Made by a program: the position numbers and the translations under genes
Assembly (NCBI GenBank): GCA_016178505.1
Contig: JACOTG010000079.1
Location: forward strand, 1,810-65,809
Direction: 5' to 3'
Length of the DNA stretch: 64,000 nt
Source: Planctomycetota bacterium
GTDB taxonomy: Bacteria; Planctomycetota; JACOTG01
Part shown: piece after piece, positions 37,087 through 47,366 of the stretch
How positions within the stretch are numbered: the stretch's first letter is position 1
Layout of the letters: every line of letters starts with the position of its first letter
The notes under the pieces: model-generated
Database searches by the model: none
Told to the model about the DNA's origin: nothing
The model's input: only the letters and a program-made list of their open reading frames with translations

Positions 37087-40000
37087 ATGCGACGCGTCAC
37101 GAGGCCGGCTCCCGAAGCCTTGCACCCGCACCGACGCGGAAAACAGTTGCCCACGAGAAAAAGAACTCTCCCAAAGAAAGCTCCGGTGAGTCGCGCGCGT
37201 GAGCGACTCGTCCGGTCACGACGCCGATCTCCTGCGTCGACGGCGACGGAGCCCGCGGACCCGAGTCCCAAGAATCGCGCCACACGCAAGCGTGGCCGTC
37301 ACGCCATTGCCGGCCCGCTCGCGATCGCCGGCATCGCGGCTTCGGCAGGCGGGCTCGACGCGTTGAAGAGGTTGTTCGGCGCGGCGCCGTCCGACTCGGG
37401 AATCGCGTTCATCGTCGTTCCGCACTTGGCCCCCGCGCACGAAAGCCTCATGGCCGAACTCCTCGCGAAACAGACAGACATGCCCGTCGCGGAGGCCAGG
37501 GAAGGCGCGGCGGTCGAAGCCAACCACGTCTACGTCATCCCGCCCAACAAGTACTTGTCGATCCGGCGCGGTCGGCTTCGACTGACTGGCCCGGTCTCGA
37601 AGCAGGTTTGGCAGACGCCGATCGACTTGTTCCTCCGTTCCCTCGCCGAGGATCAACGCGAGCGTGCGATCGGAATCGTCCTCTCGGGCACCGGGTCGCA
37701 CGGCACGGTGGGACTGAAGGCCGTGAAAGAAAACGGCGGAATGACGATCGTGCAGGACCCAACGACGGCGGACTACGGCCAAATGCCCCAGAGCGCGATC
37801 GACGCGGAGGTCGCGGACTTCGTGCTTCCGCCGGCGAAGATGCCCGAAGCCCTGGCGCAGTACGTGAGACACCCCTACGTCCGCACAGCCGACACGGCGT
37901 TGGCAAGCGGAGACGCTTGGAACGCCCTGAACGAAATCGTGTCGCTCCTTCGCACGAAGACTCGTCATTACTTCGGCTGCTACCGGCGAAAAATGCTTCG
38001 ACGCCGAATCGAGCGGCGCATGAGCTTGAATCACATCGAACGGCTCGGGGACTACCTCGAGCTCCTGCAGACGCGTCCGGACGAGGTGCGACGGCTCTCG
38101 AAGGACCTACTGATCAGCGTCACGTCGTTCTTCCGAGAACCCGATTCTTTCCGCGTGCTCGAGACGAAGGTGATCCGCGATCTCGTGCGGCGGATTCCCG
38201 GCGATTCGCCGATCCGTGTCTGGGTGCCGGGGTGCGCGACGGGCGAGGAGGCGTACTCGATCGCGATCCTCTTCCTCGAGAAATTGTCCGCTGCGTCCAA
38301 GAATTGCCCACTCCAGGTGTTCGCGTCGGATGCGGACGACGCCGCCCTCGAAATCGGGCGGCAGGGCGTATATCCCGACGGGATCACGGCGGACGTGTCG
38401 GCGAAGCGACTCTCACGCTTCTTCACCCGAACCGCGGACCAGTGTTATCGCGTCAACAAGCAGCTGCGCGATTCCGTGGTCTTCGCGCGGCAGAACTTGA
38501 TCGGCGACGCTCCGTTCTCCAAGCTCGACCTGATCAGTTGTCGAAACCTGCTCATCTATCTCGAGCCCGACGTGCAGAAGAAGGTCATCTCCCTGCTGCA
38601 CTTCGCGCTGAACGAGCGGGGCTATCTCTTCCTGGGTCCCGCGGAGTCGATCGGCCGGCAGGGCGACCTGTTCGACGCGATCTCGGCGAAGTGGCGCATC
38701 TATCGACATGTCCGGCGCGGACGGGCCCACGCGGTCGACTTCCCCATCGTGTCGGGGATCGCGCAACGAATCGAAACTCGACGTGGGACCGAGATCTCCG
38801 CGTCGCACTCCGCGAGCGTGTCGCAGCAACTGACGCAACACCTCCTCCTCCAGGATTTCGCGCCGGCGGCCGTGCTCATCGGCCGCGCGTCGGAGATCCT
38901 CTACTTCCACGGCCCGACGATGCGGTATCTCGACCAGCCGAGCGGTGAGCCGACGCGCGATCTGATGGCAATGGCGCCCGACGGGATTCGCTCGAAGCTT
39001 CGCGCTGCCGTGCGCAAGGCGCTTCGCGACAAGAGTCGCGTCACGGTGTCGGCGACGTGGCTGGGTCGACGTGGAAACGGCCGTCGCGTCCGACTCACTG
39101 CGAGACCGATCCACGCGCCGCGCGTCGGTACCGGTCTCGTCCTCGTGACGTTCGAGGACGAACAGGCGCCGGCCACGAAGCGAAACGTCGCCGTAGAGTT
39201 GAGCGAGCCGTCTTTGGTTCACCACCTCGAGGACGAGCTTCGGATCACCCGAGAAGATCTCCGGAACACGGTCGGAGAGCTGCAGGCTGCCAATGAGGAT
39301 CTCAAGTCGTCGAACGAAGAGATCGTGTCGATGAACGAGGAACTCCAGTCCGCGAACGAAGAGCTCGAAACCTCGAAGGAGGAACTCCAGTCATTGAACG
39401 AAGAGCTGAGCACGGTCAACAGCCAGCTCCAAGACAAAGTCGGGGAGCTCGAAAAGAGCAACAACGACTTGGCCAATCTGCTCACGTCGGCCGACATCGC
39501 CACCGTCTTCTTGGACACGCACCTTCGAATCCGGCGATTCACGTCGGCCGCGACGAAGCTACTGAGCCTCATCGCCACCGACGTTGGCCGTCCGCTCAGC
39601 GACATCTCCCTCAAGTTCGACGACGACCAACTCTTCGCAGATCTCGATCGAGTGATGCGTGACGCCACGCCGCGCCAGAAGGAGGTGAGCACGAACGGCG
39701 GGCGCTATTGCCTCCGGCGAATCCTCCCGTACCGAACGACGGAAGGTCTAATCGAGGGCGTAGTCATCACGTTCACGGACATCAGCGAGGCGAAGCTGGC
39801 GGACGAGCACATGAAGCGGCTGGCGACGGTCCTCATGGACTCGAATGATGCCGTCACCGTCCAGGATTTCGACGGTCGCATTCTCGCTTGGAACCGCGGA
39901 GCCGAGCGGATGTACGGGTACAGCCAGGCCGAGGCGATGAAGATGAACGCATCGAAGCTCGTACCCGAGGCGCTTCGCCCGGACACCGAAGCCACGACCG

Positions 40001-40797
40001 AGCGCCTCCGGCAGGGAGAACGGGTGAACTCGTGGGAAACGCAGCGCACCCGCAAGGACGGCAGCATCGTTCAAGTGTGGATCACGGCGACCCCGTTGAA
40101 AGACGCGGAGGGCCATCCGTTCGCCGTCGCAACGACCGAGCAAGACGTCACTCAGCGAAGGGCGCTCGAGCGAGAGATCCTGGAAGTCACCGTGCGCGAA
40201 CAACGGCGCGTGGGACAGGATCTCCATGACGTCACCGGCCAGGAACTCACCGGACTCCGTCTCTTGGCTCACGACTTGGCCGAGTCGCTCACGGAACGTG
40301 CCCTACCGGACGCCGAGACGGCGCGGAAGATCGCTGAAGGGTTGAAGCAGGCTCTCAGCCACGTTCGCACGCTGTCGCGCGGACTGAATCCGGTGGAAGT
40401 CGATGCGCAAGGACTGATGGCCGCTCTCGAGGACCTGGCAGCGCGGACCAGCGACCTCTACCGAATCCCCTGTACTTTTCGATGCCAGCACCCGGTGACC
40501 TTCGCGAACAACGGAACCGCCACGCATCTCTACCGAATCGCCCAGGAGGCGATCACCAACGCCGTGAAGCACGCTCAGGCCCGGCGCGTTCAGATCACGC
40601 TCATGAAGGATGCGAGCGCGGTTCGCCTCGAAGTGCAGGACGACGGCGTGGGTATCCGAAAGCGGCCTCCCTCGGAGCCGGGAACGGGACTGCGCATCAT
40701 GGCGCATCGCGCAGACGTCGTCGGGGCGAAGCTCAACGTGGGCCCGGGGCCGACCGGCGGAACTCTCGTCTCTTGCACGCTCCCGAAAGGTCGATGA
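37087..40797 (+). CDS. Multidomain chemotaxis-type sensor: CheB methylesterase, CheR methyltransferase, coiled-coil, PAS and a HisKA_3/HATPase_c (NarL-type) histidine kinase
   Basis: CheB (AIAGIAASAGGLDAL...VVPHLAP). CheR (HYFGCYRRKMLRRRIERRM...SFFREPDSF...IRVWVPGCATGEEAYSIA). Coiled-coil (EDLKSSNEEIVSMNEELQSANEELETSKEELQSLNEELSTVNSQLQ). PAS (DFDGRILAWNRGAERMYGYS). HisKA_3 (DLHDVTGQELTGLRLLAHDL). ATPase (ITNAVKHAQA...VQDDGVGI). Confidence 0.85.
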   Translation: MRRVTRPAPEALHPHRRGKQLPTRKRTLPKKAPVSRARERLVRSRRRSPASTATEPADPSPKNRATRKRGRHAIAGPLAIAGIAASAGGLDALKRLFGAAPSDSGIAFIVVPHLAPAHESLMAELLAKQTDMPVAEAREGAAVEANHVYVIPPNKYLSIRRGRLRLTGPVSKQVWQTPIDLFLRSLAEDQRERAIGIVLSGTGSHGTVGLKAVKENGGMTIVQDPTTADYGQMPQSAIDAEVADFVLPPAKMPEALAQYVRHPYVRTADTALASGDAWNALNEIVSLLRTKTRHYFGCYRRKMLRRRIERRMSLNHIERLGDYLELLQTRPDEVRRLSKDLLISVTSFFREPDSFRVLETKVIRDLVRRIPGDSPIRVWVPGCATGEEAYSIAILFLEKLSAASKNCPLQVFASDADDAALEIGRQGVYPDGITADVSAKRLSRFFTRTADQCYRVNKQLRDSVVFARQNLIGDAPFSKLDLISCRNLLIYLEPDVQKKVISLLHFALNERGYLFLGPAESIGRQGDLFDAISAKWRIYRHVRRGRAHAVDFPIVSGIAQRIETRRGTEISASHSASVSQQLTQHLLLQDFAPAAVLIGRASEILYFHGPTMRYLDQPSGEPTRDLMAMAPDGIRSKLRAAVRKALRDKSRVTVSATWLGRRGNGRRVRLTARPIHAPRVGTGLVLVTFEDEQAPATKRNVAVELSEPSLVHHLEDELRITREDLRNTVGELQAANEDLKSSNEEIVSMNEELQSANEELETSKEELQSLNEELSTVNSQLQDKVGELEKSNNDLANLLTSADIATVFLDTHLRIRRFTSAATKLLSLIATDVGRPLSDISLKFDDDQLFADLDRVMRDATPRQKEVSTNGGRYCLRRILPYRTTEGLIEGVVITFTDISEAKLADEHMKRLATVLMDSNDAVTVQDFDGRILAWNRGAERMYGYSQAEAMKMNASKLVPEALRPDTEATTERLRQGERVNSWETQRTRKDGSIVQVWITATPLKDAEGHPFAVATTEQDVTQRRALEREILEVTVREQRRVGQDLHDVTGQELTGLRLLAHDLAESLTERALPDAETARKIAEGLKQALSHVRTLSRGLNPVEVDAQGLMAALEDLAARTSDLYRIPCTFRCQHPVTFANNGTATHLYRIAQEAITNAVKHAQARRVQITLMKDASAVRLEVQDDGVGIRKRPPSEPGTGLRIMAHRADVVGAKLNVGPGPTGGTLVSCTLPKGR

Positions 40798-40828
40798 CGT
40801 GCACGGAGGCGAAAAGCCACTCGAGAAG

Positions 40829-41476
40829 ATGCGCGCGCGAATCCTCATCGTCGACGACCATCCCTTGGTGAGAGACGGGCTCGCTGGACGAATCTCGAAG
40901 CAGCCCGACCTGGAAGTGTGCGGCGAGGCGGCCGACGTGCCCGGAGCCCTTCGGTTGGTGGCATCGACGAAGCCCGACCTGGCGATCATCGACATCTCGC
41001 TGAAGGGAGGCGACGGGCTCGACTTGATCAAACAAGTCCGCGCCCGCAAATTCGAGACGAAGATGCTCGTGGCGTCGATGTACGACGAGATCCTCTATGC
41101 CGAGCGTGCCTTGCGCGCCGGCGCGATGGGCTACATCAACAAGCAAGAACTGCCCGAGGACATGATCGACGCCATCCGGCAGGTGCTCGCCGGACAGATC
41201 TACCTCAGTGCGCAAATGAGAAATCGATTGCTCCAACGAACGGTGGGCCGTGGCCCCGTGGCGATCCGGTCCCCGATCGAGAGCCTGACCGATCGCGAGC
41301 TCGAGATCTTCCAGTTGATCGGACGCGCCCTCACCACCCGGCAAATTGCCGAGAAGCTCCATCTCAGCATCAAGACGATCGAGACGCACCGCGAGCGCCT
41401 CAAGATGAAGCTCAAGGCGAAGAACGCGGCGGAGCTGAGCCGCCAAGCGGTGGCGTGGACGATCGAGAACGCCTGA
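40829..41476 (+). CDS. NarL/FixJ-family response regulator (REC plus LuxR-type HTH)
   Basis: REC domain (MRARILIVDDHPLVRDGL...DLAIIDISLKGGDG). HTH domain (LTDRELEIFQLIGRALTTRQIAEKLHLSIKTIETHRERLKMKL). Confidence 0.9.
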   Translation: MRARILIVDDHPLVRDGLAGRISKQPDLEVCGEAADVPGALRLVASTKPDLAIIDISLKGGDGLDLIKQVRARKFETKMLVASMYDEILYAERALRAGAMGYINKQELPEDMIDAIRQVLAGQIYLSAQMRNRLLQRTVGRGPVAIRSPIESLTDRELEIFQLIGRALTTRQIAEKLHLSIKTIETHRERLKMKLKAKNAAELSRQAVAWTIENA

Positions 41477-41719
41477 TTTCTCGTCCTCTCTTCCAAGACT
41501 CCAACGGCCCCGTCGGGAAATCCCCCACAACCGAATCAGTTTCGTGCCGATTGTCGCGCCTCGGGATGAGCGTACTGTGCTCATTCGAATTTGGTTCGGC
41601 GCGCGAGCGTCGATTGGCGGGAGCGCGCGGCGGGTCGCTTGCTCTCAACGCATCCCGCTCGGGGGAATGGGCGACGGTTGGGAGTTCAGCCCTCAGCGCC
41701 GATCGATCGGAGACAGGTC

Positions 41720-42550
41720 ATGGCACCGTTCAATCTCACGCAATCCGAGATCGATCGCAGGAAGTCGGCGCTCGAGTTCACGACGGACGATGAGGAGCGG
41801 ATTCGGGACGCACACGACCACCTGAAGTTCGAGGCGAACTCGATCGTCGAGCTTCTGAACGCGTACCTCTTCGTTCATCTCCACTCCGTTCAGAGTTTTC
41901 CGGAAACCCAACTCTTCGAGCGACTGACGCATCTGCAGGCTTACTACTTCACGGAAATCACTGCCGGCGACTGGGGGGTCGACTTCTTCGGGAAGCGGCT
42001 TCGCGTCGGTCGTCTCTTCCAGCAGATCAGTGCGTCGCCCACGTGGTATCTCGGCGCGTACCAGAAGTACCTGCACTTCGTGACGGCGTCTCTGGGCCGG
42101 CAGCTCGCGGATGACGTCGATCTCTTTCGCGACACGGTGATCTCGCTCACGAAGGTTGCACACCTCGACATGGGGTTGATGCTGGACGCCTGCTACGTCG
42201 TCACGGCGGATCCGCTGGGACGGTCGGTCGACGAACAGTTCCGGCACTTGGAGGCACTCACGCAACGCGCGACCGAGCTCATCGCGCAAGAGCTGAAGGA
42301 ACCGCTGTGCAGCGTGATCTCGTTCTTGCAGACGCTCGAGTCGGATCGCGACGAATTGCCACCCGCACAGCGTGAGCTGCTGCCGAAGGCGCTTCGCCGG
42401 TGCGACGAATTATGGCAGCTGACGATGAAGCTCTGTGACTTCCGTACGGCGGACTCCGGTCCGTTCCGAAAGAATGGGTTGGTTTACGGCCCAACGCCGC
42501 CATTTCCGCTTTCCATATCGCTCCGGCACGGCAACCAGGACCTGAGCTGA
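41720..42550 (+). CDS. Degenerate sensor-globin (protoglobin/GCS-like) domain fused to a His-less DHp-like helical domain. It lacks the proximal heme His and a catalytic ATPase domain.
   Basis: A globin-coupled-sensor pattern is present (LTQSEIDRR...IVELLNAYLFVHLHS...LQAYYF...RLRVGRLFQQISASPTWYLGAYQKYL). In the conserved R.GriHariGlpPrWYlgAY block the proximal His is replaced by Phe. The C-terminus resembles HisKA, but SHELRTPL is replaced by AQELKEPL (His to Gln) and ends ...DFRTADSG. An RBS (ggagacagg) precedes the ATG at 41720. Confidence 0.45.
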   Translation: MAPFNLTQSEIDRRKSALEFTTDDEERIRDAHDHLKFEANSIVELLNAYLFVHLHSVQSFPETQLFERLTHLQAYYFTEITAGDWGVDFFGKRLRVGRLFQQISASPTWYLGAYQKYLHFVTASLGRQLADDVDLFRDTVISLTKVAHLDMGLMLDACYVVTADPLGRSVDEQFRHLEALTQRATELIAQELKEPLCSVISFLQTLESDRDELPPAQRELLPKALRRCDELWQLTMKLCDFRTADSGPFRKNGLVYGPTPPFPLSISLRHGNQDLS

Positions 42551-43068
42551 TGGACGCCGTCGTGTCGCCGCCAGGTCCGCTTCGGGCGCACACGCGAACG
42601 CTCGGTGCGACGCGGGCCCAGCGTCGAAATCGAAGACAAATAGGCTCCCCAGATCAGCGGGGGTTTCGTCATGGATGGCCACTATTCCCGATTCATCGAG
42701 TCGACGACAATTTCCCTGCTCGCAAGATCCCGACACTAACCACTACCCTAACCCCCTCGAGGCACATACCCCCTTGGGCTCCTGGCGCGAACAGACCACC
42801 ATCTGTTCCGGCATGGGTTCCAAGAAAAGCCTCGACTCGAGAGTCCTCTCTCTGCGGTGACCCACGCTCGAACCTATCCCGCTCGAGCGAACCGCCACTG
42901 ACGAACCCCCGCTGATCACCTTCAATCCCGCTCGCCCGCTTCGCCGCGAAGCGTGAACGACAGGCACCTTCCCGCTATCCGCCGCGTCACACGGCCTTGA
43001 GCGACGCCGACGTCGATGGTTCAATGAGCAGCCTTTTTTGGCCGGATCAAACCCTGGAGGTGCGCGAC

Positions 43069-44174
43069 ATGGACTTCCTGCTGACAGAAGAGAACCGAAT
43101 GTGGCGCGCGCGGGCACGCGACGTTGCCGAGAAGGTCGTCCGCCCGCTGTCTTGGAAGTACGACCGCCTCCAACAATACCCGTGGGAGATCAAGGACGCG
43201 CTCGTCGAGGCCGGGCTTTTCGGCGTCTGGATTCCGAAGGAATACGGCGGCCACGGCGGCGGCGTGCTCAACTTGTGCATCGTCGTCGAGGAGCTGTCGC
43301 GCTGCTGCGGCGGCGTCGGCGTCCTCTTCGCGGTCAACGCGCTCGGGAGCTTCCCGATTCTCGTGGGCGGAACCGAAGAGCAGAAGAAGAAGTGGCTCCC
43401 GCGCATCGCGCAAGGGAAAACTCTGATCGCCTTCGGCCTCTCCGAAAAGAACGCAGGTAGCGATGCCGGCGGCATGAGCTGTCGCGCGACGCAGGACGGC
43501 GAACACTACGTCCTCAATGGCGCGAAGAAGTGGAACACGAATGGCGGCGCGGCCGACCTCTACAGCATCTTCTGCGTCACCGACCCCGAGTCGAAGTCGC
43601 GGCGCATCTCGGCGTTGCTCGTCGAGAAGGGAACGCCCGGATTCAAGATCGGCAAGGTCGAGGACAAGATGGGCATCCGTTGCGTGCCCGTCGTGGAGCT
43701 GGAGTTCGAGAACTGTCGCGTCCCGCGCGCGAACCTGCTCGGCGGCGAGCCCGGCTACGGGTTCCGCCACTCGATGCAGACGCTCGATCTTGCGCGACCG
43801 GGCGTCGCGGCGCAGGCGGTCGGCCTCGCGACGGGGGCGCTCGAGCTCGCGCAGGTCTATGCGAACAAGCGCGAGCAGTTCGGCGCGCCGATCTCGTCGT
43901 TTCAAATGGTCCAAGCCATGCTCGCCGACATGGCGACCAAAGTCGAGGCCGCGCGACAGCTCGTTTACGCCGCGGCACGCGCCGCGGACACGGTTACATG
44001 CGCGATTATCCGATCGAGAAGTTCATGCGCGACGCGAAGATCGTTCAGATCTACGAAGGCACGAATCAGATCCAGCGGATGGTCGTCGCGCGAAACCTCA
44101 TCAAGGAGACGCACGAGTTGAAGTACCTCGAGAAATACATGCCGCTGTCCCCCGAGATCATGGGAGTCGAGTAG
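43069..44174 (+). CDS. Acyl-CoA dehydrogenase (short/medium-chain-like) with an apparent frameshift near 43985. It is a pseudogene or a sequencing indel.
   Basis: ACAD N-terminus and core ([12 protein letters not shown]...[11 protein letters not shown]...[13 protein letters not shown]). Frame 1 degenerates after ...AAARAADTV. The conserved C-terminus ([36 protein letters not shown]) continues in the +1 frame of ORF 43530..44174. Confidence 0.8.
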
Positions 44175-44176
44175 CC

Positions 44177-45196
44177 ATGCGCTGCTTCGTCACCGGAGCG
44201 ACGGGACTCCTCGGCCGCGAGGTCGTGAAGTCGCTCGTCGCGGACAAACACGAGGTCGTTGCCCTCGTTCGGCGCGACGATCAGGCGGACGCGGCACAGG
44301 CGCTCGGTGCGCGAGCAGCGCGCGGCGACGTCCTCTCGCGCGACACGCTGACCACGGCGCTTCGCGGCGTCGAGTGCGTTCTGCACTTCGCCGGGTCGCG
44401 CCCTTGCGAGAAGGACGGCGAGCGCGTCCAACAGCTCGATGTCGACGGCACGCGCAACGTCGCCGAAGCGGCGATCGCCGCAGGTGCCAAGCGACTCGTC
44501 TTCGCCAGCACGATCACGATCGCGGGCGACCTTCGCAGCGGGAAGCTCGACGAGTCGTCGCCCGACAAGCCCGGCCACGGCTTCGCGCGCGCGAAGCACG
44601 ACGCCGAGCAAGTCCTCGCGTCGATGAAGGGACGCGGGCTCGATGTCGCGTTCTTGCGCATTGCGCACGCGTACGGTGTGGGCGGCGGATTCCAGCCGCT
44701 CTTGGACACGATCCTCGATGGCAAGCTGGTGCTGCCGGCACGCGAGGTTTTCTGGGGATGGGCGTCGCCGGAGGACGTCGGCCGTGCCGCGTCGATCGCG
44801 GCCGCGAAGGCCCCGGCCGGCGAGCGGCTCGTCGTCAGCGATGACTTGCCGTCGACGACCGCGGACGTGCTCGACTACGTCGCGCGGCTCCTGCGCCTCG
44901 AGATGCCGAAGCGCGGCCCCGCCGCGCTCGCTCGCTTGCGCCTCGGTGCGGATCGTTTCGCATACCTCTCCGAATCGGCGAAGCCGACGAACGCGAAGTT
45001 GAAGGCGCTCGGCTGGACTTCGGTCTACGGACGTTATCGTGAAGGCGTTGCCGCGCAGCTCGCCGGCGGGCTGCTCGAACGCGATCGCCAGCATCGCCCG
45101 TCACGAGTGCCGTTCTTCAAGGTCTCGGAGAAGGCGCCGAACGTCGCGCCGGACTTGAGCGCGAACCCGAACTCGAAGAAGCCGACGCCGGCGTGA
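44177..45196 (+). CDS. NAD-dependent epimerase/dehydratase family (extended SDR) protein
   Basis: Rossmann motif (MRCFVTGATGLLGREVV) and a catalytic YxxxK-like region. The ATG lies 3 nt after the ACAD stop. Confidence 0.75.
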   Translation: MRCFVTGATGLLGREVVKSLVADKHEVVALVRRDDQADAAQALGARAARGDVLSRDTLTTALRGVECVLHFAGSRPCEKDGERVQQLDVDGTRNVAEAAIAAGAKRLVFASTITIAGDLRSGKLDESSPDKPGHGFARAKHDAEQVLASMKGRGLDVAFLRIAHAYGVGGGFQPLLDTILDGKLVLPAREVFWGWASPEDVGRAASIAAAKAPAGERLVVSDDLPSTTADVLDYVARLLRLEMPKRGPAALARLRLGADRFAYLSESAKPTNAKLKALGWTSVYGRYREGVAAQLAGGLLERDRQHRPSRVPFFKVSEKAPNVAPDLSANPNSKKPTPA

Positions 45197-46122
45197 GAAT
45201 CGTTTCGCTGCTGCCGAGCCTCACCGAAGTGGTGTGCGCGCTCGGCGGACGCGACGATCTCGTCGGGCGCTCGCACGAGTGCGACTTCCCCGCCGGGCTC
45301 GACACCGTTCCCGTGCTCACCGCCGCGAAGATCCGCGTCGACGGGAGCGCCGCCGAAATCCAGGCGGCCGTGCAAGCGATGAGCGGCCAGGCGATCTATC
45401 GCGTCGACGAGGCGAAGCTCGCCGCGCTCCGGCCCGACGTCGTGCTCACGCAGGATCAGTGCGAGGTCTGCGCGGTCTCGGTCGACGACGTGAAGCGCGC
45501 GCTCCAGCTCGGCGGCCTCGCGGCATCGACGCGCATCGTCGTCGTCAAGCCCGCGCGGCTCGACGACGTGATCGACGACGTCGCACGCGTCGGCGAGGCG
45601 ATCGGTCGCGCCGATGCCGGTCGCCGAGTCGCCGACGAGATGCGCGAGCGCATCGAGAAGCTGAATCGCTACGCGACCGAGCGGCGCGGACCTCGACCCG
45701 CTCCGCGGCTGCTCCTCCTCGAGTGGACCGCGCCGCCGATGGTCGCGGGAACTTGGCTTCCCGATCTGGTGATGGCTGCGGGCGCCGAGCATCCGTGGGG
45801 TGCGCCTGGAGACGCCTCGCGCGCCGTCGCGCTCAGCGATCTCGCGGAGCCCGCGCCCGACGTCGTCGTCGCCGCGCCGTGCGGCCTTGCCCTCGACCGC
45901 GCCGCGACCGAACTCGAGCGCATGCTGGCGTCGCGCGATTGCCCGGCGCGACTTCGCGGCGTACCGTGCTACGCTGCCGACGGTAACGCGCTCTTCAATC
46001 GACCGGGCCCGCGCCTCGTCGATTCCGTCGCCGCGCTCGTCGGCATCACGTGCGGCGACGCGCCTGGTTTTCCCGACTGGCGCAGCTACGTCCGCCGTGT
46101 CCCGCTCGGCAACGGCCGATGA
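45193..46122 (+). CDS. Periplasmic-binding-protein-fold protein of the BtuF/TroA class (cobalamin or Fe-siderophore type ABC substrate-binding protein). No obvious signal peptide.
   Basis: Translation MRIVSLLPSLTEVVCALGGRDDLVGRSHECDFPAG...PDVVLTQDQCEVCAVS, typical of BtuF-like binding proteins. Confidence 0.6.
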   Translation: MRIVSLLPSLTEVVCALGGRDDLVGRSHECDFPAGLDTVPVLTAAKIRVDGSAAEIQAAVQAMSGQAIYRVDEAKLAALRPDVVLTQDQCEVCAVSVDDVKRALQLGGLAASTRIVVVKPARLDDVIDDVARVGEAIGRADAGRRVADEMRERIEKLNRYATERRGPRPAPRLLLLEWTAPPMVAGTWLPDLVMAAGAEHPWGAPGDASRAVALSDLAEPAPDVVVAAPCGLALDRAATELERMLASRDCPARLRGVPCYAADGNALFNRPGPRLVDSVAALVGITCGDAPGFPDWRSYVRRVPLGNGR

Positions 46123-46197
46123 ACGTAAGCATCCGCTGAACCACACCTCGAATCGCCTCGCCCACTTCGTCATGAACCGTCTCACGAGTGCGACGCG

Positions 46198-47214
46198 TCA
46201 CGGCGTCGCGGGCGTCGTCGCGAACGCGTCGTACGCTCTGCGAGCGACCTTCGCGATCACGGCCTCGCGCTCGGCGAACTCCTTCGATGACGCCTTCACG
46301 AACGCCGCGATGACGAGATGCCCCGCGCCCCCGGGCAACGTGACGATTCCCACGTCGTTTCGCGTCCCCGCCATCCCGCCCGACCTGTCTCCCACGCGCG
46401 TGCCCGCGGGCACGCCCGCGCGAATCATCGTCGAGCCGGTCTTCGAGCGTTCGAGCCAATCGATGAGGAGCGCGGCGCTCGAGGGCTCGAGGAGATCGCG
46501 GCGTTGCACGCGCAGGAGAAGACGAGCCATCGCGTCCGGCGTCGCGGTGTCGCGAGGGTCGTTGGCGTAGCGCGCCTCGGCCGCGGCTCGATCGATCGGC
46601 GACACGGCGGCGGCGAGCGCGTCGTATCTCGCGAGCGTCCATTCGTCGTGCGCCGGCAGCTCGCGAATGCCCGAGCCATCGCCGCACAGCTCGCGCTCGG
46701 TTCGGCTCACGTCGATGCCGTCGATGCCGAGCGCGCGCATTCGGTCGGTCACCGCACGCGGTCCGCCGGCGAGAGTCACGAGCACGTCGGCCGCGGAGTT
46801 GTCGCTGTCCCCGGTCATGCGCTCGAGGAGCTCGCGGACGGACAACGTCACGGGTTGTCCCGTGAACGATGCCGCAATGGGGCTGTAGCCCGGGCGCAGG
46901 TCGTGCTCGTCGAGCGTGACCCTCCGATCGAGCGAGATCTCGCCGCGGTCGACGAGCGTGAGCACCTGGATCGCAACCGGCAGCTTGAAGACCGAAGCCA
47001 TGGGGAAGCGTTCGCCGCCGCGCCAGCTCGCGCGCCGACCCGACTCGACGTGAACGACGGCGACGCCGAGCGTGCCGCCGGTCGTCGACTCCTGCCTCGC
47101 GAACTCTCGCGAGAGTGGGTCGCTCGGCGTTTCGACTTCGCGAACGGCTTGCGTTTTCGCTTCGACGCATCCCAAGACGACGGCGCAGAATCCTCCAAGA
47201 ATTGCAGCTCTCAT
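46198..47214 (-). CDS. Class A beta-lactamase / penicillin-binding-protein-like serine hydrolase
   Basis: Signal peptide plus the SxxK (MASVFKLP), SDN (GDSDNSAADVL) and KTG (RSKTGSTMI) motifs. The ATG at 47214 is the likely start. Confidence 0.8.
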   Translation of the reverse strand: MRAAILGGFCAVVLGCVEAKTQAVREVETPSDPLSREFARQESTTGGTLGVAVVHVESGRRASWRGGERFPMASVFKLPVAIQVLTLVDRGEISLDRRVTLDEHDLRPGYSPIAASFTGQPVTLSVRELLERMTGDSDNSAADVLVTLAGGPRAVTDRMRALGIDGIDVSRTERELCGDGSGIRELPAHDEWTLARYDALAAAVSPIDRAAAEARYANDPRDTATPDAMARLLLRVQRRDLLEPSSAALLIDWLERSKTGSTMIRAGVPAGTRVGDRSGGMAGTRNDVGIVTLPGGAGHLVIAAFVKASSKEFAEREAVIAKVARRAYDAFATTPATP

Positions 47215-47366
47215 GACGTGCCCTCCCTCGTTAGGTCGCCCAACGCTCCGCCGATGGGCCGGGAGTATACTCGGCCGCTCGCGCGCGGCTTCGCGCAGCA
47301 CGCGCGACCCGGCTTCGACGAAAGCGGCGAACGATGCGCGACTCACAACGGATTGAGGATCCCGCC

